A DNA stretch of 56,208 nt, the filler included, from Sphacelaria rigidula (taxonomy: Eukaryota): the NCBI GenBank assembly GCA_964200075.2. It is 7 parts of 7 records of this genome, joined end to end, with 100 filler letters (N's around TTAATTAATTAA, not from the genome) between each part and the next. Parts side by side here need not be neighbours in the genome. Positions count along the whole stretch, not along the records: positions 1 to 7,945 come from CAXNAA020012891.1; positions 8,046 to 15,990 come from CAXNAA020012892.1; 5 more parts are not named here. One strand, given 5' to 3'. Positions 1 to 11,920 of the stretch are shown piece after piece. The notes under the pieces are model-generated. The model searched no databases. It saw only the letters and a list, made by a program, of their open reading frames with translations, and was not told where the DNA came from. Position 1 is the stretch's first letter, and each line of letters opens with the position of its first letter. Both the position numbers and the translations under genes were made by a program.

Positions 1-297
1 GGAGGAACGGGACTTGCTAGAGGGGGAAATGCGGTACGTGAACAAAGGTGGCATGGAATTGTTTGATGCATTCGACAGGAGAGAGGAAACGATGGCTATA
101 CTAGGAGACAGATGGTTGCTAGAGACGGCGAAACAGGACGGGATAAAGTATGTAAAAGGTTTTTGTGTAATGTATGGAAGAAACGAAATGAGCGCCAGAA
201 TGTTGGAGGTGTGTCTATTCGGAGTAGGAACGGTGCTTCGTCTCGAAAGCGATGCGTGGTCAATGGTCACACGACTAAGGCAAGCAACAAATGAGTA
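1..297 (+). mobile_element. 3' end of non-LTR retrotransposon (family A), followed by a C-rich tract
   Basis: Clearly homologous to 52370-52668. It encodes the same C-terminus (..CNVWKKRNERQNVGGVSIRSRNGASSRKRCVVNGHTTKASNK*) and ends AAATGAGTA before a C-rich tract. Confidence 0.85.
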
Positions 298-429
298 GCC
301 TCCACCGCTCCCACCCCCACCAACCACCAACCCCTAAGACCCATCACTGCACTACCCCCAGNNNNNNNNNNCTCTCACCCCTCCCCCCAAACAAAAACAA
401 AACAACCACCCCCCCCCCCCCCCCCCCCC

Positions 430-496
430 CTCAAAAACTCGAATTTTCGATTTCGGGGCCTATGTGTCCCGAAATATGTTTTTGACAGACCCTTGC
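430..496. repeat. Short dispersed repeat (MITE-like), second copy at 24627-24720
   Basis: CCCTCAAAAACTCGAAYTTTCGAT..GGGGCCTA..TGTCCCGA..TTT..GAC..CCCTTG occurs at both sites. The 24627 copy has CAGGGG...CCCCTTG ends. Confidence 0.55.
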
Positions 497-517
497 GTCG
501 AAATGCAAAGATATCAG

Positions 518-3500
518 GAATGTTTCGGAAGTTATGGTGTACTACGTGGCATATCCATTGCTGGCATCGGGTTGCCCTCCGGGATACAGCGTTGCCGAGA
601 GAACCGACCAGCTGACTGCTACTGTTGCACACTATTTTTTTCAGCGGTGAGCTCTTCGCCTTGTGCTGTAATTTGGGGTGACTCAAGGAAGCTGGTAAAT
701 TGGAACACAGTAGCAGCTCGCAGCTGCATTTTTGGCCTTCAGTGCCCGGACGGTTTTCAGGAAGAGACCTTGAGTTGCTCACTGTGCTCAAGAGTACACG
801 GTGACCGAACACACCTGCGGATCTTTGCGATTCTGATGCTGTAAACAATGTGAGGAAAACTTCCGAGGCCTCTTGTGCGTTCTATTTTATTTCTGTCTTT
901 ATGCCAAGCACGTATGTAACCCATTTGAAGTTCGATAGTCGACCTCAAGAACATTTTCAGCCTTTGCATGGAAATGTTATGGATTCTCTCCCTCGTACGC
1001 CTCCCACCCTTTCCGCTGTACCCGCCATTCACCGACATGTGACAGGATCGACGGTAATTTTGAATCGTGGCTGATTGCACTCTCTGGTGGGGCCCAGGGT
1101 TCGCGAGTGCAATACTGGCTGGCAGTCACCGTTGCCTCTTCCGTGGGCATGTTTTCGTCGGCGATGTTACGTTTCCTCATGTTCTACGCGTTCTGGCACT
1201 GCATATGTCTTGCCGCGGCAGAGCTATGGGGCTACCCGGACCGAGACTTCTACGGTGAGATTTGGACCTACGGGGCGCCGACACTGTACCACGAAAATTG
1301 GGGAAGGGGGTCCGTCTCAAACGAACCCCGTATTGGTTTTTACGGTCACAGAAAACTGCAAAGGTAGACTGAAATGGAGGACGATTTAGCGTTAAACGCT
1401 TCGTGGTATGATAACGACACACGAAGCGCAGCTAGCGGAATTTTGATTGATTCTAGCGGTCAAGTACGGGTAGATTGTTCTCGGTAGACCCGTTTCTCTA
1501 TACAACACACCCGCGCTAACCGTAGCTGCACACACAGTATATTGGTGTTTTGCGGGAAATAGATATGTCTCTTTCTTGTCGACGTGCCATGGGCGTGTTC
1601 TAGTCGAGGGAAAAAAACGCAAAATTATGAAGGGCTTGGATCGGAAACGTAAATCGGCTCTCTCCGTGCTGTGCGCCACACACAGCTCACCGTCTCTCGC
1701 GCCAGCGCACTTGGTTGTCGAGATCGTGTTTGCCGCTGCAAGCTCCAGCACTGTGTCTGTGGCTTCTCGCATAGAGTAACGTTGATTCTTCCGGTGTTTT
1801 TCCCGTGAAACAAGTCGACAGTGTGGTGGAGGTGGAGAATTGTGTTTTCTTTCAATGCATCCAAGTGTTTGGATTCCATAGCTGGCCTTTTAAACTCGCA
1901 AGGGGAAAACAAACGCAGTGCAGAAATAGTATTCGCATCCACGAACACTGTCGGGGAACTATGCTGGTGAAGGAGAAATCATTGTTCCACCAAGCTCCTG
2001 GTCGCAGTTTCCGAGTTACGCCTTGAAATTCTGTACACATGCATCTGTAAAATGAAAAAAAAAAACGAAACGGGGACGTTGCCCATTTTCGCGTCTATAT
2101 AGCATTGTGCCGCCGTCCAAAGTTGAGATATACTCTTAAAATTCTGCAAAAATCTCCGAATGCCTCACGCTGACGGACAACATACAAATGCGCAACAGTT
2201 CCCGATCATATTTTGAAGCACGGCGACATTGTGTGAAATCCGACGTGAATTGACTCAATTTTGTCCATTTCCTTGCTTCGTGAACCGGCATTTCGCATTT
2301 CCAATGTGGCCACGATGACACGTTCGTGTTGTGTGTTTCTTGTTGTGTAGACCACAACTCGAGAAACGGGCTGGACACGCCTTTCCATTCTCCTCGCTGC
2401 GCCCAGATTGTACAGGTTGCTTACTTTATTCGCGCCAGAACATCACTGCATGAACCTCCCAAATGATTGACGTTTTTCAACATGGCGTGGGCAGCATGTT
2501 GGACGTTTGTTGAAAAGTTGTGTACTACGTGAACTGTGCGGCGTGGTCGCCACATTCGAATCCTGGACAAGTTCAATTCCCGCTGTTCGCGTACCCCCGT
2601 GCACTGCCAGGGCCTTGGTGGTTGGTGACGGACGACTTGCGTCTCATGTTCCGCATGTGGTCAACCCCTGTACACCGCTGGCTGGCAGCCTGCATATACC
2701 GACCGATTCTTCAACTTGGTGCAGGAATGAAGCACGGTCCCAGCAAAATCAACGGGTCTCCCATGGCGTCTCACAGTTCAAGGGTAGTGCCAATACCATC
2801 CCTACATACTGCCGAAGACGAGAAAAAGACTAAGAAGAGGGATGGAGACGTTGAGTGCAAGAGAGATGGGAGAATGAGTAAAAGGTGAGTCGTTCGATGT
2901 TAGGACGGGGACCAGCGCGTCGTTTTGTTTCAAGGTGCTTTTTGGCACCTGCCTACAGGCTAGTTCACGCGCAAGACCCAAAAACACCTCATCGGCAAAA
3001 CTTCACGCCGCCTTGGGGAGTTAGACCTTGAAATTTTGCACGAATGTGCCATGGGTAATTGCACAACTTTCTAAGGTCGAGTTTTTCCTAAGTTCTTGAC
3101 GTTTACCACCATTTTTCGGGAAAACTTGGATCCAGTCGGACTCCCGTGCAACGGTAAAAAGTTACAAAAAATCTCGTTCATCCAAAGTTGCGTCATGAAC
3201 CATAGCACATTTGTGTGAGACTTCAGGATCTATCTCCGAAAAACGACGTGAAGTTTTCCGCGTTTGTGCGATGAAGCCTGCCGTACTACGGTGAAACCGC
3301 AAACTGCTGGTTCCTTGAATAAAAATGGCGTTTTGAGGTCTACTGTCACGTTGACCATTAAAATTCAAGCATCAGTTAATCGCTCATGACAACGAAACTC
3401 TGTGAGGCCCTCCCTTGGGTTATGCGGCGACAGGTCGTTCGCGAAAAGAATGAAAAAATATCGTAGTGCCGGTTGTCCCAAATGGAGACTACTCTGAAAA

Positions 3501-6419
3501 TACTATTTTTCGTCCCGTCGGACCCCCCCGAAACGAGAAAAATGACGAGAAGGAAAAACCCTCGTCGATCGAAACTTGCATAATGACCCATAGTACAGTT
3601 GTGCAAAGTTTCAGGGTCTATCTCGTCATAACTGCGTGAAGGTTTGCGCGTTAATGCGAGGGCATGAACTTGAAACGTTCAAGCTCCTAACTACTTGGTA
3701 CTAGTATGAAAAACTGTTTCTTTAGTGAATTTCACGTCAAGTCAAGAAAGACTGCATGAGGTTTTCGATTGTCTCGACCAACCTTTGTAGCTGCGTTCCT
3801 TGGACTTTTCCGGGACACATCACATTATATTCTTCTTTTTGAAGCATTCTGTACCGCCCTCCGGAGGTCTTTACACTGGGACCCCTGGAAGGCGGTAGAG
3901 AACAGAGCAACGTTGAAATCTTACCAAGATTACGTTTTTTTTCCATTCGGAGAATCAATATCTACGGAACTGCCAAGTTTGAGGGTGATTTGAACTTTTC
4001 TACAACAGATACAAGGGAAACCGTCTCGAGGCTCCCTGGGTCTTTCGTGCGTATCATTTGTGGAAATTAGACCGCTCCAACCTCCACGTCACCGAAACAT
4101 GACGGTTTCGGGTATGATTCGACCCCGTTGGAACCGTTTTTACGTCTCTTTCGAACGTTAGATTCCTGAGCTTATGGCGGTTACTACAATTTGAAGCATG
4201 TGGAGATTAGGTGAAAATTGGGCTTGGAATCCGTGTTTTTCAATTTCAGAACAATTTGAAGGGCTCTGCTTGGTCGAGACACATTTTCGTCCATAGCGTC
4301 ACCGCTATAACTAACCTTTTAAAAATCTGGCTATGTCACCCTCTTCGTTTGTTCATTGAAACAATGTATGCGACTATTGGGTGCGTATTGCGGAAGGTAA
4401 TTGCTGATGACGGAACTTTGGTTTATGCGTGAACCAGCTTGTACCAGGGTATGATGAGGCATGATCACAGGTCGTACATGTTGGGGTGGTGGTTCCTAGT
4501 GGTCAAACTCGAGACTTCGCCATTTTTTATTGAAAGCGATTTGTTCCAGGTTTTTCGGTTACCACGACAGATCACGGTTTCTTTTTGATCCTGAACTTGT
4601 GGAATCATGAGACGTCAGCACCCGACACTAGTTTCGAGAAGATATATTTACTTTACGACCAATGATGAAGGAGAGTACAGCCCCCGGTTCTCATTTTTGA
4701 TATTTTCGCTTGACGGAACCGATCCGGATCGTATAATGAACAATTTTACAACTTTTGAGTGATGATGATTCGTCTGCGAAAAAGTCTCGATTGAGCAAGT
4801 GCCATATTTGAAGTGTCACTATAGTACTATATCCCCATCGATGTTGCTTGAAGTGCCGAACATATTGTTCAACAATCTACGGTAAGGCGGAGAATTGATA
4901 GGACGCGGGGAGAGAAACGAGCCAATCGCTGATATGTGGTGGATATGTTTTTCAAGAAGGTCGGTCACGATTGCCATTCATATCCAGTATTTCTTGACGA
5001 ACGTCCGACCTGTTGCGATATGGTATTGTCGGGTGAGGTCAAGAGGAGTAAAGGGCGGACCTTCGATCGGGAGAATTGAGAAGCACTGCCATATTCTGGG
5101 GACACTTTACGACTCCCTGCCCCTGATCGTACACAATTGGGAGCGGAGACTGATTATAAGTGTGCTGGGACGACATGCGATCACGTGATCAATAGAGATC
5201 GTTCTGTTGAGCACGGTACCCACCATCTCAATGCAAGCACAGCGAATTTATGCTGATCTATGTGTCCATCGTAAATTTAAGTCCAGGTGGTATGGTTTAT
5301 GCGCGGTTATCTTCAGCGAAGGCACAAGATGTCTTCCTGTTGGGCAACCTCCTGTACACCTTTCGCTTGTACGGGTTGTCTTTAGTTACCAATCATGCTG
5401 TGAAGTACGCCACGCACAACGTAAGCTGGGCTGCAACCAGGTTACCGCTTTTGTGCGGTAACCGTTGTGGTGGAGTTACATCATATGGTGCGGGGTGGAG
5501 AACCTCGACTCCGCGCGAAGGGAATGATTGTGCTACGTGGTATATCGGCGAGATACCCATGAGGCCGTGTAACCCGTGGCTGTCTCTGGAGGTGGCGATC
5601 CCGGAAAATTAAGTCTCTCAATCGAGGCTGTCATCTATGTGCAAGATAGTTAGTAGACTTCGGGCCAAGCAGTCTTCGCAGGATGCAGCTCACGCGACTC
5701 GCCGAACAGATCGCAGAGCTTGGCACTTGGCGATTGATTGGGAACTTGGTCGGCCGAAAACCCGGCGGGCTTCGTCCCGGCTATGAGGGGATGCGAGGCC
5801 ACTAGTCCTTCGACTACGGTATGCAAGATCATGAGTATACCCCCCACCCTCTGTGGTGTGTGTACTTTGTCCTCTATTCTCGTATGCCCCAGCTGAACGT
5901 TTTAAATGTCCTGCTCTCGCACTTCCCCCCCCCCGCTCTGTCTCGAAAGGGGTGCGTGGTCAATGGTCAAACGACTAAGACAAGCAAAAAATACGCCCCC
6001 CCCTCCCTCCCCGCCCGCCCGCCTGCTTATTGAACAGTCACCTCACAGTGGTGGCTGTCTCATGCGCGTTCGTATTTTCAAGCATTGTGCACGAGGCCGC
6101 CATGTTTGTGGCGATGCGGCACACGTGCTGGCCATTCAACACGTTTGCTCTGCTTCTGAGCAGCGTCCTCATGAGTCTGTGGGACGTTACGTGCCCCGTA
6201 CAGTCAATATTACAACCGCCATCTCCATCGCCAGAGGAGTCGTCAGTGCCATCGTCATCATCAAACGAGGTTGTAGGTTTCACACCCAGGGTGATGATGG
6301 GAAGCGAATGGAGGGGATGGGGCGCAGTGGCGTTTTACATGGGCACTTCTTTTCCGTTTTGCCTTACGCTGGATTACCTAGGTTGGCAGTGGTGGCGACA
6401 TGAAATACTTTCCGAGTGA
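518..6419 (+). CDS. MBOAT-family O-acyltransferase (DGAT1/sterol O-acyltransferase-like), 5'-partial; exons ~518-646, 1046-1254, 2611-2884, 6038-6419
   Basis: GT-AG exons join with consistent phases (2,1,2). The spliced product reads FLMFYAFWHCICLAAAELWGYPDRDFYG|PWWLVTDDLRLMFRMWSTPVHRWLAACIYRP ... AFVFSSIVHEAAM, which matches the DGAT1/ACAT motifs AEL..F.DR.FY.DWWN, WN.PVH.W and the catalytic His (S..FHE). The start of the first exon is uncertain (489 or 518). Confidence 0.85.
2960..3665. repeat. ~110-bp repeat unit, one inverted copy (~2995-3090) and two direct copies (~3165-3270, ~3555-3660), within an MBOAT intron
   Basis: Shared core AAAGTTGC..CAT..CCCATAG.ACA.TTGTG..A.A.TTTCAGG.TCTATCTC...CGTGAAGTTT. 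The first copy is the reverse complement. Confidence 0.55.
5365..5575 (+). repeat. Dispersed repeat, second copy at ~39240-39460
   Basis: Colinear similarity: CGTAAGCT..GCAACC.GGTTACCG..TTTTGCGGTAACC..TGGTGG..ATCATAT.GTGCGG.GTGG.AGAAC.TC.ACTCCGCGC.AAG..ATGAT..T.CTACGT.GT. Confidence 0.6.
5745..5839 (+). mobile_element. 3' end of non-LTR family B (ends GATCATGAGTATA + C-run)
   Basis: Matches 20079-20177 (CGAAAACCCGGCG..CT.CGTCCCGGCT...GGGATGCGAGG.CA.T.GTC...GACTA.GG.ATGCA.GATCATGAGTA.A) and is followed by CCCCCCACCC. Confidence 0.75.
5934..5995 (+). mobile_element. 5'-truncated 3' tip of non-LTR family A, flanked by C-runs
   Basis: TCTCGAAAGGGGTGCGTGGTCAATGGTCAAACGACTAAGACAAGCAA..TACG matches 52610-52668. 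C-runs lie on both sides. Confidence 0.8.
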
Positions 6420-7089
6420 TGAAGAATCTCTACGGAACTGCACTGCAACATTTTCAGGAGACATCTACGTTGTGCTTGTAGTTCTCGATATGAAAGATGA
6501 GCCACGGTACAGATCTAACGGCTTCGATATTTGGTGGTGTCAGGGGTGGCAGCACCTTCAACCAACTGTACGCGGAAAGTACTGCAGACTCGTGTGTCGA
6601 CGGAAACATGGATACAACAGTTTAGCCCTGGACGCAACTGTTGTAACTGTGGCTACTATAATTTGGCGTTGGACGGGCTGACTACGGATTAGGGAAGGGT
6701 GGCAACAGCCGTGCCGTGGGAGGAGGAGCTCACAGGGTCTACTAATCCAGCGTAGAACTCCACAATGAATGCTCAATGATGGCTTGGTATCCCATTTTAG
6801 CCTGCTTTATGAGGTGATGCACGGTACAAATTCTATCGGTTCATCTTTGGGGTGTTCATTCCGTAGGGCTGGTATTATACCGGACATTCGATAGTAGAGT
6901 CTGGACTCATGTCAACCTCTAGTGAGGATGCCAAACGAGGCGCACGTGGGTTTCAGTCTGTGTGATATCTTCGTCGACGGTGAAGGCGAGGGGAGTCGGG
7001 AAGAATGACCATCATCGAGAATTCCATCGGTGATCGTGGTACTTGGACTGCAAAATACTCGTTCCGAGCTTGTGCGTGCCGACGATTAG

Positions 7090-7541
7090 ATCACTGCAGC
7101 AAAGAACATGGGCAAATGGTACATTGGAGTCGAGAAAGGAGCGGTAGAGTTTGAGGACACGTGGCGACGCGCGGTCAAGCGAGAATCAGACCACCGTCAC
7201 AAACGAGAGGCCTCTGCGTCGAGGGCCGCCGATCCAAGTATCCTGTCTGTTCATATCGGTTGTTGATTATGTGCTTAGTCGGTGGCTCTGCGTGCCCCTT
7301 GGTGTGTGTCTGTATCTCCTCTGCTGCCCTGAATCCCTTGGGCTTTTTCCTTTTTGCTCTTTGATTTTATGATAGTTTCCTACTTCTTGTTTTAGATCGG
7401 CCATTTCTTTCTGTGCCTTGCTTTGTTGACTTTTCATTATTTATTTTTTCGCGTCTCTGTCCACTCTGTCGTCCTGTTCGACTTTTTCTGATCCCTGGGG
7501 TCAGTGAAAGTGCGTTAATAAATCAATCAATCAAATCAAAA
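7090..7541 (+). mobile_element. (AATC)n-tailed retroelement fragment (SINE or LINE 3' end), related tail at 24395-24476
   Basis: Both sites end CCCT.GGGG(G)TCAGT.AAAGTGCG..AAT.AATCAATCAATC. This copy is flanked by a ~90-100 bp direct repeat. Confidence 0.55.
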
Positions 7542-7945
7542 TGGCGAGGGGGAGAATGGCCATCATCGAGAGTTCCACCGGTGATCGTGGTACTCGGACT
7601 GCAAAATAACCGTTCCAAGTTTGTGCGTGCCAATTCGAACGTTGCGATATTTTTTTCCCTCCATGAATGGATGCCCTTGCCGTGAGGATCCCCACAACTC
7701 CGGCGTATGCGCCACAAGAAGCTCTTTAAAACAAATCCCAGGAACTTCACGTTTTCTTCTTCTTGTGCCTCCAGACGCTGCCCCACGCATATGATGGCTA
7801 GGTCAATGGTATTCACCCCCTTTGCAGTAGGAGCTGATTGCTGATGTTTGCTTCTTCAACCGTTCAGACCAACGTAGAAACAGCCGATCATCTATGTTGA
7901 GGATGGTGCTTTTCATTGAGGATGAGAACCCGGAGGATTAAAATC

Positions 7946-8045
7946 NNNNNNNNNNNNNNNNNNNNNNNNNNNNNNNNNNNNNNNNNNNNTTAATTAATTA
8001 ANNNNNNNNNNNNNNNNNNNNNNNNNNNNNNNNNNNNNNNNNNNN
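7946..8045. other. Artificial contig linker N44-TTAATTAATTAA-N44 (also 15991-16090, 24035-24134, 32079-32178, 40123-40222, 48166-48265)
   Basis: Identical 100-nt spacers with a six-frame stop core separate pieces of 7945 to 7943 bp. Confidence 0.97.
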
Positions 8046-8714
8046 AGCTCCGCAACCTTGGGACCAAAAAACCACCCCTGTCCGCAAAAAAACGGGGGCC
8101 GCCGGAAAACGCGCCCCCCCCCCCCCCCCCGGGTTGCTCAGGGTGTGGCGAAGCAGTATACGACAGTTCTTCCAAGGATGGATATATTATTCTGTTGGGT
8201 TAGGTTTCTTCTTTTTTTGTTTTTGGGCCTCTAGAAAACAGACTTTCGATTTCTCTCTCTCTGTTTTTCGCGCGCCCCCTTTTCCCGTTTTCGACGTCTG
8301 TTTTTCTTCTCGGTTCCTCATTTTCTTTTGGCCTCCGCCCGATTTTCGGTCTTTGAAAGTTTTTTTCCGGTTCCAAACGTTTTATCACCCACCCACTAGC
8401 CGGCAGCCGGCAGCCGCGGCCCCCTGCTCCTGAATATTGGTTGGCGGTATGGTTTGTGATGTGTAATCTTCTGACAGGCAGGCTGGCAGGTAGGCAGCCC
8501 GGCGCGCGGCCTTCAGCTGGCCCCGCTGACATGGGTCCCAAAAACCAAAGGCTTCGCCGAGAAAAAAAAAAAGTTTCCCCGAAAATAAATGCTCCCGCAG
8601 AAGAAAAGCTCCCCCGAAAAACAAAGCTTCTCCGATAAAAACTCCCCGTCTCAGGAACTAGGGTCTAAAGATGAAAATAATGATGAAAATGGTATTTACA
8701 ATGATAGTAATACC

Positions 8715-9105
8715 GCTACACATGTGCTTCCTCGACCTCCAAAATGTCTATGATTCGGTCGACCGAGAGCTTATGTCGCAGTGCTGGTCCGAGTTGAGTT
8801 TCCGGGCGAGATGATGGCAGCTATCCGCCGATTCCACGACAGCATGCAGGCCCGCGTACGCAAGGACAACGGGGGGATTTCGGAGTGGTTGGAGGTTACT
8901 CAGGGAGGGCGACAATTATGTGTGCTGCCTCCCCTGCTGTTCATTTGTTTCGGCTGTGGCGCTCAAGATGATTCTCGTGCGATTCAGCGAGGACGACATC
9001 ATCCTCAAGGACATGGTACATCTCGACGAGGAGACGGGGAGGGGGGCGGAGACACCTCTCGAATGCGTACGGGGAGCGGTGTGGGGAATGTTATGCGCCG
9101 ATGAT
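8715..9105 (+). pseudogene. Degraded RTE-like LINE reverse transcriptase fragment
   Basis: Frameshifted translation CFLDLQNVYDSVDREL ... IRRFHDSMQARVR ... EWLEVTQGGRQLCVLPPLLF ... GMLCADD corresponds to the RT motifs F.DL.KAYD.V, G.RQGC.L.P.LF and (Y)ADD. Confidence 0.75.
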
Positions 9106-9267
9106 CCAGATTCCAGAGAGTGATCGATCAATGCCTGAAACAGTTTCACTTCTGAACTCTCCCCCCCCAGGCCTTTTACGCTTTTTGTAGTAGTCTGTCA
9201 CTGAAGCCTCTGATATCCCCGAGTAGGATATCGGCGTGTAGCTTTGAGCAAACAACAGTGTTCCCGG

Positions 9268-9271
<4 letters not shown>

Positions 9272-9308
<37 letters not shown>
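9272..9308. repeat. (CA)n microsatellite
   Basis: Seen directly. Confidence 0.95.
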
Positions 9309-9315
<7 letters not shown>

Positions 9316-9684
9316 AAAATGGGCAGGTGAGAAAAAATAATAAAAGTCAAACTCAATCAACGCTGAACTCTCAATCCGGCGAAAACCCTATTAACTGTCG
9401 ATCCCGGTATGAAATAGCCTTACAGAACTTGCAGAACCTGTCGTTTATGGTATGGTATGTTCAAAAGCCGCATGGGTACGAGCTGGGCCAGCTTACGTAT
9501 AAGCGGCCAAACGTTGTCCACACTACAGCTTCCTCAGTTTTCCGAGTGAACCCGATATAAGCGTATCACTGTGAAGTACAAACCAACCTGATAACACACG
9601 GCACCACTGCTGAATGAAGAAAAAAAATCAAAAACAAAATCTGCATCATATATGACCCTAACGACGGACGAAAAAAAAAGAGAA

Positions 9685-9740
9685 TCTGTCGGGATTCGAA
9701 CTCATGACCTCCACGATTGGAGTCTCTCATCACTTGAATT
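9685..9740 (-). mobile_element. tRNA-like Pol III head (B-box GAGTTCGAATCCC), probable SINE remnant
   Basis: The minus strand reads GGAGGTCATGAGTTCGAATCCCGAC followed by a T-run. No complete cloverleaf is evident. Confidence 0.35.
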
Positions 9741-10608
9741 TTACGGGCGCGACTGTGTCACAAGAAAAGTGCGATGCCCCATCCAATTCGACGACTCTTG
9801 AGCTGAAATTTCACGAAGACCTTCTGCACCCAAGGAAATGATACATTGCGCGAGCAGCTGCAGATTCTCGTTTTTTCCCTTGACTTATGACGTTATCTTG
9901 TTTTCGCTGAAATTTCAAATCCCCATACCTTTTTTTTTCTTCTTTTTTTCTGTGCTGCTTTCGTGATGTTCTGCATGTCGACCATAACAAGCTGCTGTCA
10001 AAATTTCAGCGTCCAACTCCTAATATTACGCAGTGCGTCGCCTAAGCGAAAAATATACCCATTGTTGGCTGGCCCAGCCCGTAGCCGTTTTGTACACATC
10101 AAACAGAACTGTCGGGTACGAGTATTAGTACTGTGCCGCATTCTCTGTGCCCTCAGTCGGGTGTTTTTACCAGAGTAAACCCGTGCCCTGGGTACGTATT
10201 TGGGAGGCTTACATAACTTACAGAACTGTAAGGAACTTGTAGTACCTGGGTAAATAGCCCGTTCACCCTGGAACCCTAAACTCCACTAAAGTCATGAATT
10301 GAAAACATGATCAATTTATTTTGTGCACATGGTATGCTTAGAAACGGAACTTTCCTTGAAAATATTGAAGTAAAAATGATAGCAATTACCCATTAAATAT
10401 CGTACAGACCGCACAACTAACGCTGGATCCCCGGTATATGTATCGTGAGTATCCGTCGCACGTGTTCAAGCACCCTACGTTTTGTTGAGTTTCCACCGAC
10501 ACGACTTGCAGAATTCAACAAAGAACACCGTGTTCTGAATTTTTCTGTTGGGACGGAGTGAGGTCGAAATGACAAATAATAGTGACAAACAGCGTGACTT
10601 GCCGCCGC

Positions 10609-10680
10609 GCCCCGGTGGTTTAATGGTCCGACTGTCGCATTAGGGTGGAGAGAACGAGGGTTCGATTCCCGATGTGTTGT
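10609..10680 (+). mobile_element. tRNA-derived sequence (A-box and B-box), probable SINE head or tRNA pseudogene
   Basis: GCCCCGGTGGTTTAATGGT (A-box-like) ... GAGGGTTCGATTCCC (B-box) at tRNA-like spacing. The acceptor stem does not pair convincingly. Confidence 0.45.
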
Positions 10681-11649
10681 GTGTTTTTTTCTTTGTAGTA
10701 CCTGATTTCCACCGTGGTCAGCGTGAGAACGTGAGTAAATGAAGCAGTCAACTGAGATTGTTTGACGTGTGTTGACGCAGTGCGGGAGTACTGGTCATGA
10801 TCCAATCCGCGAGACCAAAATGCAAGGCGTGTACTGGGGATAAAAGGGATGATCCCTTGAGACCACGGACTCGTCCCGAGGAAGGGGAGCAGGGGTTCAA
10901 ACCGCGACAAAACAATATTAAATAAAGAAGTACCAGTCAAAGTCACATTTGCCCCCCCTGCTAAGCCCTAGCCTTCACAGCACGCCGCAGATGAAATAAT
11001 GGAGGCGGTGATTCAAACAGGCGTATGTCCGAAGTACCTGAATGTGCCTAGAATGTGCTCACCTACAATTTGAGGCATTTGCCTCACGAAACCTTTTCAG
11101 CACCCCGAGGTAAATCTTATACTTATTTCAAGCAGTGTTGCTCCAAGGTGTAAAACGTCTGCAAAACAAGGCCTGACACGTTTTGAGTAATCCAAGGCGC
11201 GCTCTATACTAATTACAAGTAGTACTGTTTCAAGGGGAAGAATATACGATCTGGGCGAGCCTAAAGAGGTTAAACTGTCACACCCACATCTCACCAACCC
11301 AGACGAGTTAGGCCGTGATCCGCGTTTCTTGTTAATCGCCTACCCAAGGGGCAAATACCCGCCATCTATTCAAAAGCTCTGTCAGATACTTTCTCGTTGA
11401 TGATGAAAGCCCATGTCGAGCAAATCACCTGGCGTGCGGAGATATCTCGATATTACAGTCTATACGAAACCCCTTCACAATGCAATTACCAGATGTCGCT
11501 GATTTTTGGTGTGACCATTCCTTGGGGCACGAGGAAATGATCGATACCCTCACCTAGACCTAATTCGTCATAATATATCGAAGGGCAAGAATAACATTCC
11601 ATACTAAATTCAAAACACTGTGCTAAATGCACTATATCTGGCAGCGCGG

Positions 11650-11920
11650 TTTTGAACAGCCGATTTCCAAAAATGAAGATGGAGCTTCTCATCGAGGATG
11701 ACAACCCCAAAAATTATTTTTTTCGTATCGACTCCAATTCTTCGACGTATGATTGCATCCCTTCCCCTACTGAACTACGCAGCTACAAACATACATCTAA
11801 ATTCCCCATAGTTATTTCATAACCTAGGACCCCAAATTTCGGTGATTGGAAGCCATATTTGAATGGCGCGTGTAGTACTTGTCAATCGCAACCAGTATGT
11901 GAGAGAATGCAACCATATTT
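11650..11920. mobile_element. Diverged copy of the palindromic MITE at 16316-16769 (another end fragment at 7875-7945)
   Basis: AACAGCCGAT...GAAGATGGAGCTTCTCATCGAGGATGACAACCC and CTAGGACCCCAAATTTCGGT.ATT are shared with 16316-16769. Confidence 0.6.

Noticed and set aside
10609-10680. Functional tRNA gene
   Set aside because: A and B boxes are present but the acceptor and anticodon stems do not pair convincingly. Kept only as tRNA-derived sequence.
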